DNA from: Takakia lepidozioides
Taxonomy: Eukaryota; Plantae; Bryophyta
DNA length: 64,000 nt
Direction of reading: 5' to 3'
NCBI GenBank assembly: GCA_030704615.1
Contig: CM060734.1
Location: 4,340,001-4,404,000 of the forward strand
Part shown: positions 47,671-60,162 of the stretch, piece by piece
Layout of the letters: each line of letters opens with the position of its first letter
Numbering within the stretch: the first letter of the stretch is position 1
Position numbers and translations under genes: made by a program
The notes under the pieces: model-generated
Seen by the model: the letters and a program-made list of their open reading frames with translations, nothing else
The model's database searches: none
Told to the model about the DNA's origin: nothing

Positions 47671-48665
47671 CCCCTAAAGGACTAACCCCAATTTTTGGGT
47701 CCACCCCCAAAAAATTGATTATATCTTGAGATTTCCCCATGCCCTGTAAAACAGACCGTTGTAATATGTTCCTACCTACCCCAGCTATGACCACAAAAAG
47801 TCTGGTCCAAATCGAACAGCCGGATTGCAAGATTATAATGTTGAAAGTTGGGCCAAAAACACAATGCGGTAAGAAACACAGCTTTTCTTATCGAATTTCC
47901 CAGCTGTGAAATGCTTTGACATGACACAAACCTCAATCTTGTACCCTGCCAGGTAAGACACCTGCCCTGAAGATTTCAGCTTTTTCTGACACGTTCTTAT
48001 GTGGGCTGCTTTGTATGGCCAATTTGGGGGGTCAAATTTCCCAATTTCAAAGGGGCAAGCACAAAACCGTATTAGAAAATGGGATGAAAAGATCTGAACC
48101 GTTGAATTGTCAATCCCTCCGGTTGTACTGTAGTGGGCAGGTTTGTGTACGCACAAAAAAACTTTCGCACCAATCAGAGCTTCCCTTCATATGATTTTTG
48201 CCCTGCTCATGACTTCTCCATGTGTACCTATGTTTGCCTATACTTTTTGGCGGGTAGCCCTAAGGTATGTGGGTTTTGGGGGGGGTTGCCTTTGCCTTAG
48301 CCTGCCATGGGGGGCGCTTTAGGGTGGAAGGGGGCGCAATAAAGGGTGTTGGGAGACGCGCCACCCTGCGCAAGTGGGTTGGGGGGGGGGGGGTTGGTGT
48401 GGAATTTCTCCCTAACCTGACCCTAGTTGACACGTAGGATGGAGGGCAGGTTAGCTGCCCAAAATGGGGCTGGAAACCAAGAGTGTGGCAGACTCTAGGT
48501 GTTGCACATGGCTGGGGCCAGGCCCAATGACGAATTGGGAAATGCCACCTCATAGCTGACGCGATTACCTATCTAAACATGCCCAAATCAGGCTTAAACC
48601 CAGTGATAACCAGACACTTTTCTAAACCTAACCGACCCAGTTTGGGTCGCTTCGTCCTTTAGGGT
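47671..48665. mobile_element. Non-autonomous piggyBac-like element (995 bp)
   Basis: TTAA at 47667-47670 and 48666-48669; termini CCCCTAAAGGAC and GTCCTTTAGGGT; a subterminal ACCCAA...TGGGTC hairpin at both ends; no transposase. Confidence 0.65.
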
Positions 48666-48885
48666 TTAAAGTCTAAGAGCTTATCACAGGTGGGAGGCTT
48701 TCTAGAAGTCCTCCCCGCATGCCCCCCTCTCCACCACTTCACTCTTTGATGCTGTCGCACCATGGCACTCATGAGGGCCAAATATTCATTCCACTTTCTG
48801 TTTGGATGGTAGCTACCATCCACACGATCCACCCCATCCCAAGACCCACCCTCCTGCCTCCCTATAATCCACCCACCCACCCACC

Positions 48886-49075
48886 AAAAAATAAAAAAGT
48901 AAAAAGTAAGGTGGACGCGTTGCTGAAGCAAGCGTAACTTATGGTGTCACTTGACCGAAGAACTACTATCTTCCGGTAGGAAAGTGGACAACATTGTAAC
49001 AACCAGCAGGGTGTCTGAACCCACAATCACTTGTAAGAGAATATATGCCCTTACCACCAGGCTACATGGTGGTTG
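48886..49075 (-). mobile_element. tRNA-derived SINE family A, copy 3
   Basis: Aligns end to end with 32840-33021 (A-box TAGCCTGGTGG, B-box GGTTCAGAC, T-rich tail). Confidence 0.85.
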
Positions 49076-49449
49076 ATAATGTAAATGTTACATATATATA
49101 TATATTAAATAAATTGCATCTCATTTCCTCAAAAACAAAAAGAGCATGTTTTGGAGCTTTTTTATTTTTTAACTTTTTTTTGGCTCTCTTGTGTAGAAGA
49201 AAGACTAAGTTATGCATCATGAAGAGAAAATCGAGGAGAAAATGTGGTCAAAGGACCTTACACCATGTCAATGTGTTGTGCTGAGTCATGCTCCATAGTC
49301 TTCCCTTCCTTTTATGTTTTGCCAAAGCAAACAAGGGTGCCAAATTCTGGCAGGGGCTATTCCTGCAGGTCGAAAAAGGGAGAGGATTGGAGCAGCCAAT
49401 GGGGAGGGAGGGCACCTATGTTGGAATGGGTGAAATGTGAGGCCACATG

Positions 49450-49670
49450 TACAGGCTAGCTTAGAACGAGGATGGCCCTCCTTCTAGTTCCATAGCTTTC
49501 TAGAAGCAGGATGAGGCGGTGGGCCCCCTCTAGAAGGCTCCCCCACCGCCTTGAGAGAGTATATAAAGAGAATAAGGGCTGCATTTACATACGTTCTTCC
49601 GCCTCCACCTCACTTTGGTGGGCTCTCCAAGCAGGGTCCTTAGGAAATATAAATTTAGAACCTAAACTAT
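49450..49670 (+). promoter_or_regulatory. Second long copy of the HSE-TATA repeat
   Basis: TTCTAGAA at 49498, CTCTAGAAGGCTC at ~49528, TATATAAA at 49560; colinear with 45500-45684 plus 46618-46650. Confidence 0.55.
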
Positions 49671-50487
49671 CTTCAAATGACAATAAGCCGGGTACACTTT
49701 ACCCCATGTCACGAGAGCCCATTGCCATCGGAGGCTTGTTTTGTTTTTCAAAAGGATCCCTTTTCGCTAAGAAAATAAAACCCCTTAAAAAAAAGAAAAA
49801 ATCGAGAAAACAGAAAAACTTTGGGAAGGTGAGCACGTGTCAACGTGTAAAGGGTGCGAGCATGAAGGTTCTAGAAGAGGGTGGACAGGTGATAGGAAGC
49901 AGAGCTGGAAACGGTGGCATACCGCCCACTGGAACATCCACTGTTCATCCAACTGCCCGACGTGCGCCATCATCCGTCGCCTGCGATGAGGTCCTCCTCC
50001 CCTCACGCCACGACACCTTCGTCGCGTCTTTCATTCATCCATTCTCTTAAGTGGATGAAAACATCGTGTCCGTGAGGGGCAGAGGATGGAAACATTATCC
50101 ATCCACGATAGTCTCCATCCAGCGCGATCTCCGGCAGGACGACTCACTGTATTTCCCGGCGATGAAAGCGGAGACCCGGCGGTCAAGGGTTACAGCCGTG
50201 GGCTGTGATTGGGAGGATGAAATCGCGGCTATTAGTCAGATGCAGCCCAAGTGGTCAAGGGTCCCACTCGGATATCCGGAGGTCCGAGGAAAAAACCATC
50301 GGATGAAGAGGGGATGAAAAATCAAAACCACGTCCGTGATTGTCGCTGCCTTTTTGAATTTATGAGTAATAAAATTGGTGTGTTTGCTTCATGGCCCAAG
50401 GGGGTTTCATTTTATCCCCTTATCAATAAAGTTTTACTGAGGGCTACTTCCCCTCTTTACAAAAATAAAATATAAACCAACAGTCAG

Positions 50488-50727
50488 TAAGTTAGCTTAG
50501 TTGGTTAGTGCACTGAGTGCCACCCAGATGATACTGGGGTCAAATCCTGCTTTTTGACGGGTGTGGTATACTCTTCTCCCCCTTCCCTGGGCGGTGTCCC
50601 ACTTCTCAGCCTTCATGGCACGGTTACTGTGCAAGAGGTTATTTTCTCCTCTCACTATCAAGGGGCCTGATTTGTGAGCTGTCGCTCCCAGGTGTTTCCC
50701 TTTTGTTTAATAATAATAATAATAATG
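50488..50727 (+). mobile_element. tRNA-derived SINE (family B) with (TAA)n tail
   Basis: A-box TAGCTTAGTTGG at ~50493, B-box-like GGGTCAAATCC at ~50537, ~160-bp body, (TAA)6 tail; no TSD seen. Confidence 0.65.
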
Positions 50728-52167
50728 ATTGCGGGATAATGGAAAATAAAACTGGTCTTCATCCGCAACATTCTTAGAGATTGTCCGAAGGATCGTGATA
50801 GCTACTCGCCGGGTAATGCTTGTAACCGGCGTGGTCGACACGACGTCGGCGGCAACGCGTTGCGCCGTCAGTGGGTCGCCGGAGCGCTCTCGTCCGGTCG
50901 TGGTGGCAGAGGCAGAAGAGAGGGAGCTGAGCGATTGAGGGAATGTTTGGGGGGCAGGGCGAGCAGTCAATGTGCGTGCATTCCCGGTCAAAGGAGCCTG
51001 CCATCATTTCTTCTGTGGAACGCTTTCTCTCAGGAACCGGAGATAGTTCTCAGTTTGCTTTTTCATTGCTTTTTCATAGAGTGTCGGACTCGGTCGGAAT
51101 TGCAGGACGCAGGTTGTCTGCATTTTCGGGTGTAGAACTATCTCAGTGTGTGCGCGTGACTCTCACGCTGTCTCATTTCAACCCGATTATTGGAGGTGAA
51201 TGAGAAGTTTTTGAAGTTGGAAGTGCTGCCGCGGTCGCACCACTTGAACCATCTGGGATTTGGGTTGCAATCACCATAAACACACACACACACACACACA
51301 CCGACGATGGAAGAACGGAAGAGGCTCAAATCCCGAGGTCAGCACAGAAGACGTTTGAAGGCTCACCATTGCCTACTTGCCTTTGTAGAATCTTGTTTCG
51401 TTATGAGGATCAATTTCGTTTTCCTGCCAACCCCTGCGTTGCTCTCTTTCCCTTCTTGCCGGCGCTTGTGACCAGCCTTGGATCGAGTGTGCATGCTTAT
51501 TTCCAGTTGGTAATGACAATTGGCTTCGTTGCAAATTTATAGCATTGCATCAGTGAGATACGTTGTGACGATGAAATTGCAGAGTTAGAATGGATTGTGA
51601 TCAACGTGATGCGTATCCCCTGACTTCCTGCCGTTTGATCCCAGACTGTAGTCTTTCGGTAGCAGCTGCATCTGCACTTTGCTCCTGGAACTTTGCAACC
51701 CTAAGTCATCTCTGTGGCAGATGTAGAATGCAAGGGTCAGTGAGCAGGGGTATCGATTTGTTATGATCGCATGTGTCCGTGTAGGCGTATGCTTCATACT
51801 GACAGATGAAAAATTTGCACTGCCTTCTGCTTCGTTTGCTGTGGCATCTTATCTGCAAAATTCTAGGCTTCTGGCTCTCCATAATTTTAGAGTGCTTGTT
51901 GACCTTACTACAGGATGGAGAGAGGTGGAGCATGACGGAGAAATGGTGTGAATATGGCACAGAAGAGGCTACGATCTTGTTGTCAAAGCCTTGTTTCATC
52001 ATCTTTCGGCCTCACACTGAGTGTGACGAGTCGATTCCAGGACTTCCCATTCTGGACCCGGTAATTCTGCCTGGGAGCCCTTCCATATATACTGGGCTAC
52101 TACAGGGTTTTAGAGAGAGAGAGCCTCCACGATGTGGCACCATCATCGGCAATAAATTCTCAAGACA

Positions 52168-55100
52168 ATGAATTCAGCCCGGCCTCTCCTCTTTCAGTCC
52201 CCTCATTCTTTTCCCTCCCCTACAGATATTTCCGCGAGTTCAGCCACAAACGGCCAGAGTCGATCTGAGAACTCCCAGGAGTCAATCGAAAAGTCCAGCT
52301 TTCTTGCCCCTCGTTTTTCCTTTGAACTTCCACCCCATGCATCAAGATCCTCATCCCAGGCAACACCAAATCTGGCTAGACACCAGCGCTCGTTTTCAGC
52401 TGAACCCCCCTTCGAAGCTGTAGCTCAACCACAACTTTTTCATTCGAGGTCTGCAACTTCTGCCAACTCAGTACAATCCAATGTGTCTGAGTCTGTGCCT
52501 GAGGCCCAAAGGCCATTGCGGAACCTGTCGAAAGGCAGCATGTCACCCTCTCCCCAGAACTCAGGACGGCTGCAAAACAAAATTGGTAAGACCGTGGCTT
52601 CGCATGAGGAGAAATCAGCTGCTCCTGCTCTCCCTGGTGGGGCAGGCTCGCCTCGGATCTCTGGGCTTGGTTCTACACGAGCATTCAGTATGGCACTCAC
52701 AGGCTCTCAAAAGGTTTCTGGTTCGAAGAGGGATCTGCCAGAGGATTCTAACAGAAGGGTTGTGTATATCGACAACCCTGAGCGCACTAACGAGAAGTAT
52801 GAGATGGCAGTCAATAAAGTGCGCACCAGCAAATACACCTATCTCACCTTCTTACCTCGAAATCTCTTTGAGCAGTTTCACCGCTTTGCCTACATCTACT
52901 TCCTGATCATTGTCATTCTGAATCAGATCCCGCAACTTGCTGTATTTGGTAGAACGGCATCTCTTTTCCCTCTTGTATTTGTTTTGGTGGTGACTGCAAT
53001 CAAAGATGCTTATGAGGACTGGGGCCGACATAGCTCAGACCAAGATGAGAACAACCGAACCTCGTTAGTTCTCCAGGACGGGCACTATAAGCCCACCAAA
53101 TGGAAGCACATTCGAGTTGGAGAGATGGTGAAGATCCATGCCAATGAGACTGTCCCCTGTGACATGGTTTTACTTGGGACTAGTGATGTATCGGGGGTTG
53201 CATATGTAGAAACTCTCAACCTTGATGGTGAGTCGAATCTCAAGAGTCGATATGCAAGGCAAGAGACAGCTGACAAGCATCCTGAGCTGGGGCCTGTCGC
53301 AGGAGCCCTCATATGTGAGCTCCCCAATAGGAACATATATGAGTTTACTGCTTACATGGATCTGGCCGGTGGACAAATACCCCTTGGGCCAAACAATATC
53401 ATTCTGCGGGGGTGTGAGGTGAAAAACACTTCCTGGGTAGTTGGGGTTGTTGTTTACGCAGGTCGGGAGACCAAAGCCATGTTGAATAGTGCAGGAGCAC
53501 AGTCCAAAAGGAGCAGGTTGGAAAACTATATGAACAGGGAGACTGGGTGGCTAGTTACCTTCTTAATCGTGATTTGCTTTGTGGGTGGATTGGGCACGGG
53601 TTTATGGGATGAGGCAAACCACCGGTGGCTTAATATTATCCAGTTCTACAAGCAGAAAGACACCTACGGTGGCAATTACAGGTTCTCTGGTGTTCCAGGG
53701 GAGGGTATCTTTGGGTTCTTGAGTTGCATAATTGTGTTTCAGATCATGATCCCCATTTCTCTGTACATCTCGATGGAAGTCGTGCGCCTAGGTCAATCAT
53801 ACTTCATGACTCGGGACATGGAGATGTTCCATGACGGCTCAAACACGCGGTTTCAATGTCGGGCCTTAAACATCAATGAGGATCTGGGGCAGATTAAGTA
53901 CCTTTTCTCCGACAAGACAGGCACCTTGACAGAGAATAAGATGGAGTTTCATACTGCAAGCATTAATGGCGTGGACTACAGCAATGCCAAGATTGTTGTG
54001 GAGCCTGCCGCAGTCAAAATTGAGGGTTCTATCAGGCCTGAGGATACTCTGCTTGTAGAAGGTTTATCTTCACACCTGCTCTCTCCCCCTCCCTCCCTGT
54101 CTCTACAATCTATCTTTATGTTATCAACTGACTTTCTTAGTACATGCTGAACAAACTATTGCTTGGTTGTTAGCCTTTTTATAATATTGGAGAGTTAACT
54201 TGCGTGGGTTGCTGGAGTGAATGTCATTAATCCTTAGCTTAGCTTAAGTCTTAGCTCTGAATTTGTTCATGGTCATGTTCTTGTACCAACATCAGGAAGT
54301 CTGGGGGTGAATCTTGCAGAGGTCTTAACCAAGCAACCATGGAAGCCAAAAGCGGGGGCCAGAGTTGACCCACAGCTTGTTCGGCTTCTTCAAAACCGAC
54401 CAGACACACTTGCACGAAAGGTTGTTCAGGAATACATGCTGGTTTTGGCAGCATGCAATACCGTTGTTCCAACCAGGGTCAATTTGTCAGCATCAGGTCA
54501 GCTGGAAATGAAAGCTTGCACCAATACTGAGGATGGTGTTGGGTATATAGAGTATCAAGGGGAATCTCCAGATGAGCAAGCTTTGGTAGCAGCAGCTGCG
54601 GCCTATGGCTTTACGCTGTTGGAGCGGACTTCAGCAGGCATTGTTATTAATGTTTTGGGGGAAATCCAGAGGTAAATTGTCACCTGGACAGCTATAGCCC
54701 ATTGTCTGTCTTGCGAAGACAGTTAATGCCATGGTTGTTGTGATCACTTTCCTTGGTGAAGAACTGGTGAAGCTATGCAGCACCGGAAACTGTGTGTGCT
54801 CTCTTTCTCTCTAGCTTCCCTCCATGGCCACCTTAGGCGGTTGAAAGTTTTTTCTTCTCTCTTTCGCTCTTCCTTGAACATATAAATGCTGCACACCTCG
54901 ATTGCCCTTCATACTCAATGTGTGATGTGCGAGCAGCCTGGGAATTCACTTCCAATGGTATTTTCTGGATGTAGTTGACATAGGAATGAATAAATCAATA
55001 CTAGCAGCAAAATCGCATGACACATTTTTACATCTTGCATTGTAAGTTCTTTTTTGACCAACCAAATGTGCATGAACTGTGGAAAAACAGAGGGTTACTT

Positions 55101-56188
55101 TGGAATGTTGGGAACTGACCCTACCAGAAAAGAGGCAATGATAGTAATCCCGTGCACCTCCCCCTGGAGATAGCACATAATGTCAGGACTAGATGGCACA
55201 GTTCATGCTTGGTCCTGAAGCCTGATCCATACTTATAGAAATGATCATTTTACAGACTAAACAATAGAAGACTTCATTGCTCATAGGTCTCAAGAGTGCA
55301 AAACATACCTGATGCATTTTAGGCGCTATTATTGCATGTTTTGCTTCTACAGAGTTCTGCTGCAAACTTTCTGCAGGTGTTTAGGTTAAGGCCATTAGCC
55401 ACAGATGTGGCAGTGCAGTGCACTTATGTCCCAAATGTGGCCTTTCACATCTCTCATGTTAAACCAGAGTTTTTTTCTGTATGGTGGACAGGTATGAGGT
55501 ACTGGGGATACATGAATTTGATAGTATACGGAAGCGTATGTCTGTCATTGTTGAGTGCCCTGATGGGACCATCAAACTTTTGGTAAAGGGAGCTGATTCT
55601 GCAGTACTAGACATTGTGGGCTCCAGTGATATCTCCTTATTGAATAAGCCTGCAGCAAGCGATGACTTGGTGATTGAGGAGAGACACCGTGCCGAAGTGG
55701 CTCTTGGCACTCTAAGCCATATAGATCGATATGCCCGGGAAGGGTTGCGTACTCTGATTGTTGCATCAAGGGAATTGACGCAAAAAGAAGTAAGGTCCCC
55801 TTTCCCGTCACTGAAATAGAAGGAAAAAAATAAATTTTCTTCCTCCTTGATCCTCATATTTCTCTCTGATGTCTGAATGTTTTCAGTTTCTGTGGATTGT
55901 TACAATTCATGACAATGTCTTTATTTAAGCTGCATGCTGTGTGGAATTGCAAAGACAGTGGTACTATTTGTTTGCAATCTCATGATATGGAAGCAGCATC
56001 CTGAAAAGAATGATTGACCTTGGTTAAGAAATCTGCTTGATGGGAGTTAGGTTGAAGATTGGCATTTCCACTATGCAAAAGCAAGTACGGCACTGGCAGA
56101 CCGAGTGGGCATGCTGCGGAATGCAGCAGCACTTGTGGAGAATAATCTCACACTGCTGGGGGCCACTGGAATTGAGGACAAGCTACAG
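52168..56188 (+). CDS. ALA1: Phospholipid-transporting P4-type ATPase (ALA1-like), first four coding exons; the gene continues beyond the window
   Basis: Exons 52168-54061, 54320 (or 54296)-54671, 55492-55789, 56051-56188. Motifs: LPRNLFEQFHR, NLDGESNLK, IPISLYISMEVVR, EDLGQIKYLFSDKTGTLT (phospho-Asp), YQGESPDEQAL, FDSIRKRMSVIV, GLRTL, GATGIEDKLQ. Confidence 0.95.
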
Positions 56189-58659
56189 GTAAATTTTAAT
56201 CATATCTTTCTCTCTGGTTTACAATCTCCCTGTCCTCTAGGAAGCCTATTGCTATTGGGTGGACTTGATACGGGAGTACATAAATGTCTCTATGACTAAA
56301 TGCCGGCCTTGTGACCCCGTGTCTTTGTTTTGTTTGACCTGACACGCTTTGCTTCCGGTAAGGTAGTGCATTGGATTTAGTTGGAGAGTTTGGGGCCTTT
56401 CCCTCTTTAGAATATGCCTACACGGGCCATTCCCTGCAGCTCCCTGGAGTGTGATCTCTGAATGGTACCAAGCGGACCCCTACCGCTTGGGGGCAGCCCC
56501 TCCGCCCAAATTGGGCAGTCGTATGCTCTTCCTAGCATACTCGGCACTTGGGCTAGGGTTGGTCCTTGTGCTTAAACTTGTAGCCTGCAAATTCTACCAA
56601 TACATTACCTCTTATCAATAACAACACTCCCCAGGGAATTGGTTACTTATGCCAAATCTAGGGCTTCATGTGTAGTTTTTGGGGTGAATCCCAGAATGTG
56701 TCCTTTAAAACTACATGCTCCAGCTTAGGCTTGGATTATATGGCTAATGGTTCCATCTCGAGACTTGATAACAGAGGTACTTTGAAGGTTGCAATGCCCA
56801 AAAATGCTACTAATAGAGTCTCACATCAATTCAATCTCAAAGAAGTTCGTCCCTTGACTGGCTGGAGAGCGGTCTTAGACATTGGTGATTCAATGAGGCG
56901 CACTAGGAAGACAATCAAGGGCAGGGACTTCAACTTGAAAGTTTCTAACCGGTTTGATGCTCTGGATGAGGTTGATTCCAAGCAGTCAGACGGACAAACT
57001 GTCCCTAAGTGTGCGGAGCCTGAGCGTCGTGTAACTGAAGGATTTGGTACTCTGAATGGTTTACCAATCCTTAAAGTTTACACAAGATGAGCAAAATCTA
57101 CACACGGGGTAATTGTCCCCCCTTTGCAGAACGGTTGGCCGTCCAGGAGCAACCATAGGCTACCTAGACGACAAACAATATGCAAAGGGCTGGCTTGCGG
57201 CTGGGCACTTCCAATTTCTCAGGCCTGACTAACCAAAGGAAACAACTCGAAGTGGGACAAGTTCTTGGGGCAAATGACATTCATATCTGTGCTGGGCAAG
57301 AGACATAGGAAACTCCGGACAAACTGGTTGGAGATGTCAATGGTTATAAGTGGAAACAGAGGGGACCCTTAGTGCTGACGCAGACAAAGCCTTGGAAGAC
57401 GTAAAGCTGGACTGTGCTAAGGTCTTATTGGGTGACTTCAATGCCCGGGTGGGCAAAGGTCTCCATCAGGATGTTACCATTGGGCCTTTTGGTGAGGACG
57501 AGCTGAATTCTAAGGGTAGACGGTCAATTAACTATCTGGAAGAGCTTCAGCTTTTGACCTTGAATAATAGGTCAAAAGGAGACCAAGTGCAGTGGACTCG
57601 TGAGAAAGCCCAAACTGGGGAACGTTCCATTGTGGATTATATCATAATGGACTAAAATTTGTTTCTCCAGAATGCCAGTGTGTTGATCGACAGATCTGAT
57701 ATTGGTACCTCTGACCACTTCCTGGTTTGGACTGAGATCAAAAGGTGTTTTCCCAACACCAAGAGATCTGTGAAACATTCGATTCGGAAGTGGCGCATAG
57801 AAAAGTTCCAAAATGAAGAGGTCAAGGCTGAGTATGTCCAGGCCTTGCAAGAGGCTCTCCCTCATTTTGTCCACTCGCTCCAAGACTTTCAGTCTCGCTC
57901 TGGCAATGCAAGAAATGAAGTCAAAAGAGCAGTGGATTCTTGGGAGAGCTCTGTGGCTGACAAGATCATTGGGAGGAAACTAATTGTCTGTGGTAGAGCT
58001 GTTAATTGGTGGACCAATGAGATTAAACTCAAGATAGCTGAGAGATGAGTTCTTTATAAAGAGTGCTGCAATTTGAATACCAACAAAGAATTGTGGGCTA
58101 AGTACTACCAGATCCGCAAAGATATCAATCAGGTTGTAAGGTCTCATAAGAAATTATACTGGGACAAGCTATACAGTGAAATAAACGCAAACCACCATGA
58201 GGGTAATGACAAGAGATTCTTGTTGGCCCTTCAACGTTTGTACAAGCCGAAAAACTGTCAGCAAGTACAAGCGCCGAGGACTACTAAGGGTGCAGTGGTG
58301 ACTTCAACGGTTGACATTGTCAAAACCTTTGAAACCCACTACAGTATCCTTGGCAGAATTTCTAGGTCTAACACTGAGGGTACTGAAGAATGGAAGGACA
58401 CAGCTGGAAAAACTGTTCCTATGATTCAAGACAGCCCTGATGAATTGGAGTATATCTCAAATGCATACAACGCACCCATTAGTTCTTCTGAGCTTGTGGA
58501 AGCAATTGAGCATTTAAATGGATATAAAGCTGGTGGACTTGATGGCATAGTCAACGAGCTTATCAAGCACGGTGGCGATCGAATGATAGAGGCCCTTGTA
58601 CTTCTTTTAACCTTATCTGCAGGACTGAAATGATCCCCTTTCGCTGGGGACGGGGTCAC

Positions 58660-59910
58660 CTTGACAAAGGTAGTTTCTGTCCCTTTGTGTTCTGCTCAAA
58701 CTGTGCGCGGGGTTCATGGCCACAAGGCTACGGCAAACAACGTCCTATGAGTACATTCTCTCACTAGTGGATACTCCTAGTGGATATCACAAAGGGTTAG
58801 AATGTGCCCATTAGTACTTCTGAGATTACTGAAGCTATAGAACATCTAAAGGGTTATAAATCAGGTGGGCCTGATAGCATTGTCAACGGGCTGTCCAAGA
58901 TATTCTCACCAGAGAGTGATCCACTTCAGGAATATCAAGAACATTGTCCCCGCACCTCTGCTCGCATCTGGAGACTGAGCCTAAAACCCTGGTCCTGGTG
59001 GGGTCTAATTGCTGGGCAGCTCACACTGATTGTGTGAAGGGCTTTCTAGAGGATATCTGGAAAACCCGAATGAGTTACCTTTATCATGGTAAGTCACACT
59101 ATCAGAGTGAGCCCCTCACACTGGTAGTATCTGTTCCATTTTGTTCCACTCAGTACATTTTTTTCTCTCTCTGTCTGAACCCTGCAACCGGGACGTCGAG
59201 TTTGCATGTGGAAAAGTGCCTCTGTGAGTGTCACAATCAGTTGCGGGAAAACAAGTTTATACCTGCAGCTGAGCTACAGGGAAAAGCTAAACCCTGGTGG
59301 GTTCAAACCCCACAAAAGGCTCCAGGAGGGTTAGTTTCCCGTGGGGTCAATGGCCGTAAGGCTATGGCAAGCCAACTTTCATAGGGAATGGCATGAGTAC
59401 ATTCTCTGCTCAGAAAACCCTGGTGTTGAGGGAGGGTTAGTTTCTTGCGGGGTTGATGGCCGTAAGGCTATGGCAAGCCAACATTAGCAGGGAACGGCAT
59501 GAGTACATTCTTTCTGCTAAGAGCGACCCTCTTCAGGACCATCAAGAACATAATCCCTGCACCTCTGTTCGCCAACTTTCAAAATCTCGCGACTCAGCGT
59601 AAAGCCCTTGGCCCTGTTGGGGTCTAATTGCTGGGCAGCTCACACACAGCAGATCGATGCTTGTGTGAAGGGCTTTCCAGAGAAAAGCGGAAAGTCCACT
59701 TATACCAAGGTAATTCCCAGTACTGGAGGGAGCCCCTCTTAAAGGTAGTGTTCCGCCCAACCTGGGCGGGGGGTCTATGGCCACAAGGCGATGGCAAATA
59801 ACAGCTTATGAGAACATTTTCTCTCCCTCCACTCAGTTCCGTGGTGTCTATGGCCACAAGGTGATGTGAAACATCTTATGAGTACATTCTCTCTCTCTCT
59901 CTCTCTCTCA
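58660..59910 (+). repeat. Stack of at least six 3'-terminal fragments of related LINEs
   Basis: GAGTACATT(CT)n-type ends at ~58750, 59152, 59395, 59501, 59810 and 59880; most are preceded by a TGGCC(ACAA/GTAA)GGCTA-type stem-loop. Confidence 0.85.
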
Positions 59911-60162
59911 AACTCCTGAGTTATCGTCTCGAGGTTGATCTGGAATCTAGAGGTTCTTTCCACGAAGGCCAAGCTGGCTTTCGGCGAAACAGGGGCTGTG
60001 TGGATCATATCTTCACTCTAAGCCAGATTATCCAGGGAAGGAAAAAAGAAGGGAAACCCACTTTTGTTTGTTTCTTGGATGTCAAAAAGGCTTATGACAC
60101 AGTGTGGAGAGATGGTCTATGGCTCCGTCTCTGGTCATGTGGGATCAAGGGAGAGATGTGGA

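Noticed and set aside
56424-56520. HDV-like ribozyme in the LINE 5' UTR
   Set aside because: Hairpins exist (CCAAGCGG/CCGCTTGG; GCCATTC/GAATGGT) but I could not build the P1.1 and J4/2 elements; a covariance-model search would be needed.
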